DNA from: Longimicrobiales bacterium
GTDB lineage: Bacteria > Gemmatimonadota > Gemmatimonadetes > Longimicrobiales > Gaopeijiaceae
Assembly (NCBI GenBank): GCA_965219445.1
Contig: CBDCNQ010000005.1
Location: 480,001 to 544,000 of the forward strand
Reading direction: 5' to 3'
DNA: 64,000 nt
Shown: in pieces, positions 63,505 through 64,000 of the stretch
Numbering within the stretch: position 1 is the stretch's first letter
Layout: every line of letters starts with the position of its first letter
The notes under the pieces: model-generated
What the model was told of the DNA's origin: nothing
The model's database searches: none
The model's input: only the letters and a program-made list of their open reading frames with translations
Made by a program: the position numbers and the translations under genes

Positions 63505-64000
63505 GTGAACAGAGCGTTGACCATGACGGCGGCTTCACTTTTGGCCACAGTCACAATGGCGCTGGGGCAGGAAACGGTACGCCTCACGTTGGACGAAGCG
63601 ATCGACTTCGCCCGTGAGAACAACCCCACCTTCCTCACGACGCAGAACGACGAGGCTCAGGCCGATTGGGCCGTGAGAGAAGCCACGAGCAATCTCTTCA
63701 TTCCGTCGGTCACGGCTTTCGGGCAGGCACGGTACCGGTCTCCGGGCTTGTCGCGGATTGGGACGATCAACACGGGTGGGGTTGAGCAGGGGGCGCAATA
63801 CACGTCCTTCTATCAACTTCGAGCGACGTACACGCTGAACGGGAACACGCTGTTCGGTTTCAGCAGCGCTAAAGCGGATCGGAACGCTGCCCGCTGGCTT
63901 ACGAACGCGGCGGAATTTACGATGGGATCCGTGGTCACGCTCCAATACATGACGGCGTTGCGGGCGCGAGACCAAGTCGAAGTCGCCCGCCGACAGGTCG
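63505..64000 (+). CDS. TolC-family outer membrane protein (5' part; runs off the window)
   Basis: Hand translation gives a signal peptide, then QETVRLTLDEAIDFARENNP...IPSV...VTLQYMTALRARDQVEVAR. Confidence 0.8.
   Translation, partial: MNRALTMTAASLLATVTMALGQETVRLTLDEAIDFARENNPTFLTTQNDEAQADWAVREATSNLFIPSVTAFGQARYRSPGLSRIGTINTGGVEQGAQYTSFYQLRATYTLNGNTLFGFSSAKADRNAARWLTNAAEFTMGSVVTLQYMTALRARDQVEVARRQV

Noticed and set aside
1..64000. CRISPR arrays, tRNA or rRNA genes
   Set aside because: No regularly spaced short repeats or recognisable stable-RNA sequences seen by eye.

Overview
GC-rich, IS-riddled accessory region, probably bacterial; the repeated ADOP-type permeases suggest Gemmatimonadota or Acidobacteriota (inference only). 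It is dominated by a minus-strand NRPS cluster (about 14.3-42.3 kb): MbtH, four NRPS genes with seven A domains and a terminal TE, an embedded PLP cysteine-synthase-like plus phosphomutase-like gene pair, a SnoaL-like protein and an SDR. A tailoring block at 47.5-54.5 kb holds a non-canonical EPSP-synthase-like protein, an intact SyrB2-type Fe/2OG halogenase, an SDR, an MmgE/PrpD protein and a homocitrate-synthase-like enzyme. A second NRPS with dual E/C domains follows and is truncated by IS630. The NRPS modules are built from near-identical DNA blocks with swapped specificity subdomains. The halogenase/PPTase segment occurs twice as an inverted duplication, and the left copy is broken by three IS insertions. 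At 42.9-47.3 kb an IS110/IS1111-type element sits inside the terminal inverted repeat of an IS256, which sits inside a decayed IS21. The 3' non-coding end of the IS110 element contains a readable bridge/seekRNA-like structure whose guide segments match the IS256 terminal repeat and the element's own end. All assignments come from visual motif recognition; no searches were run.
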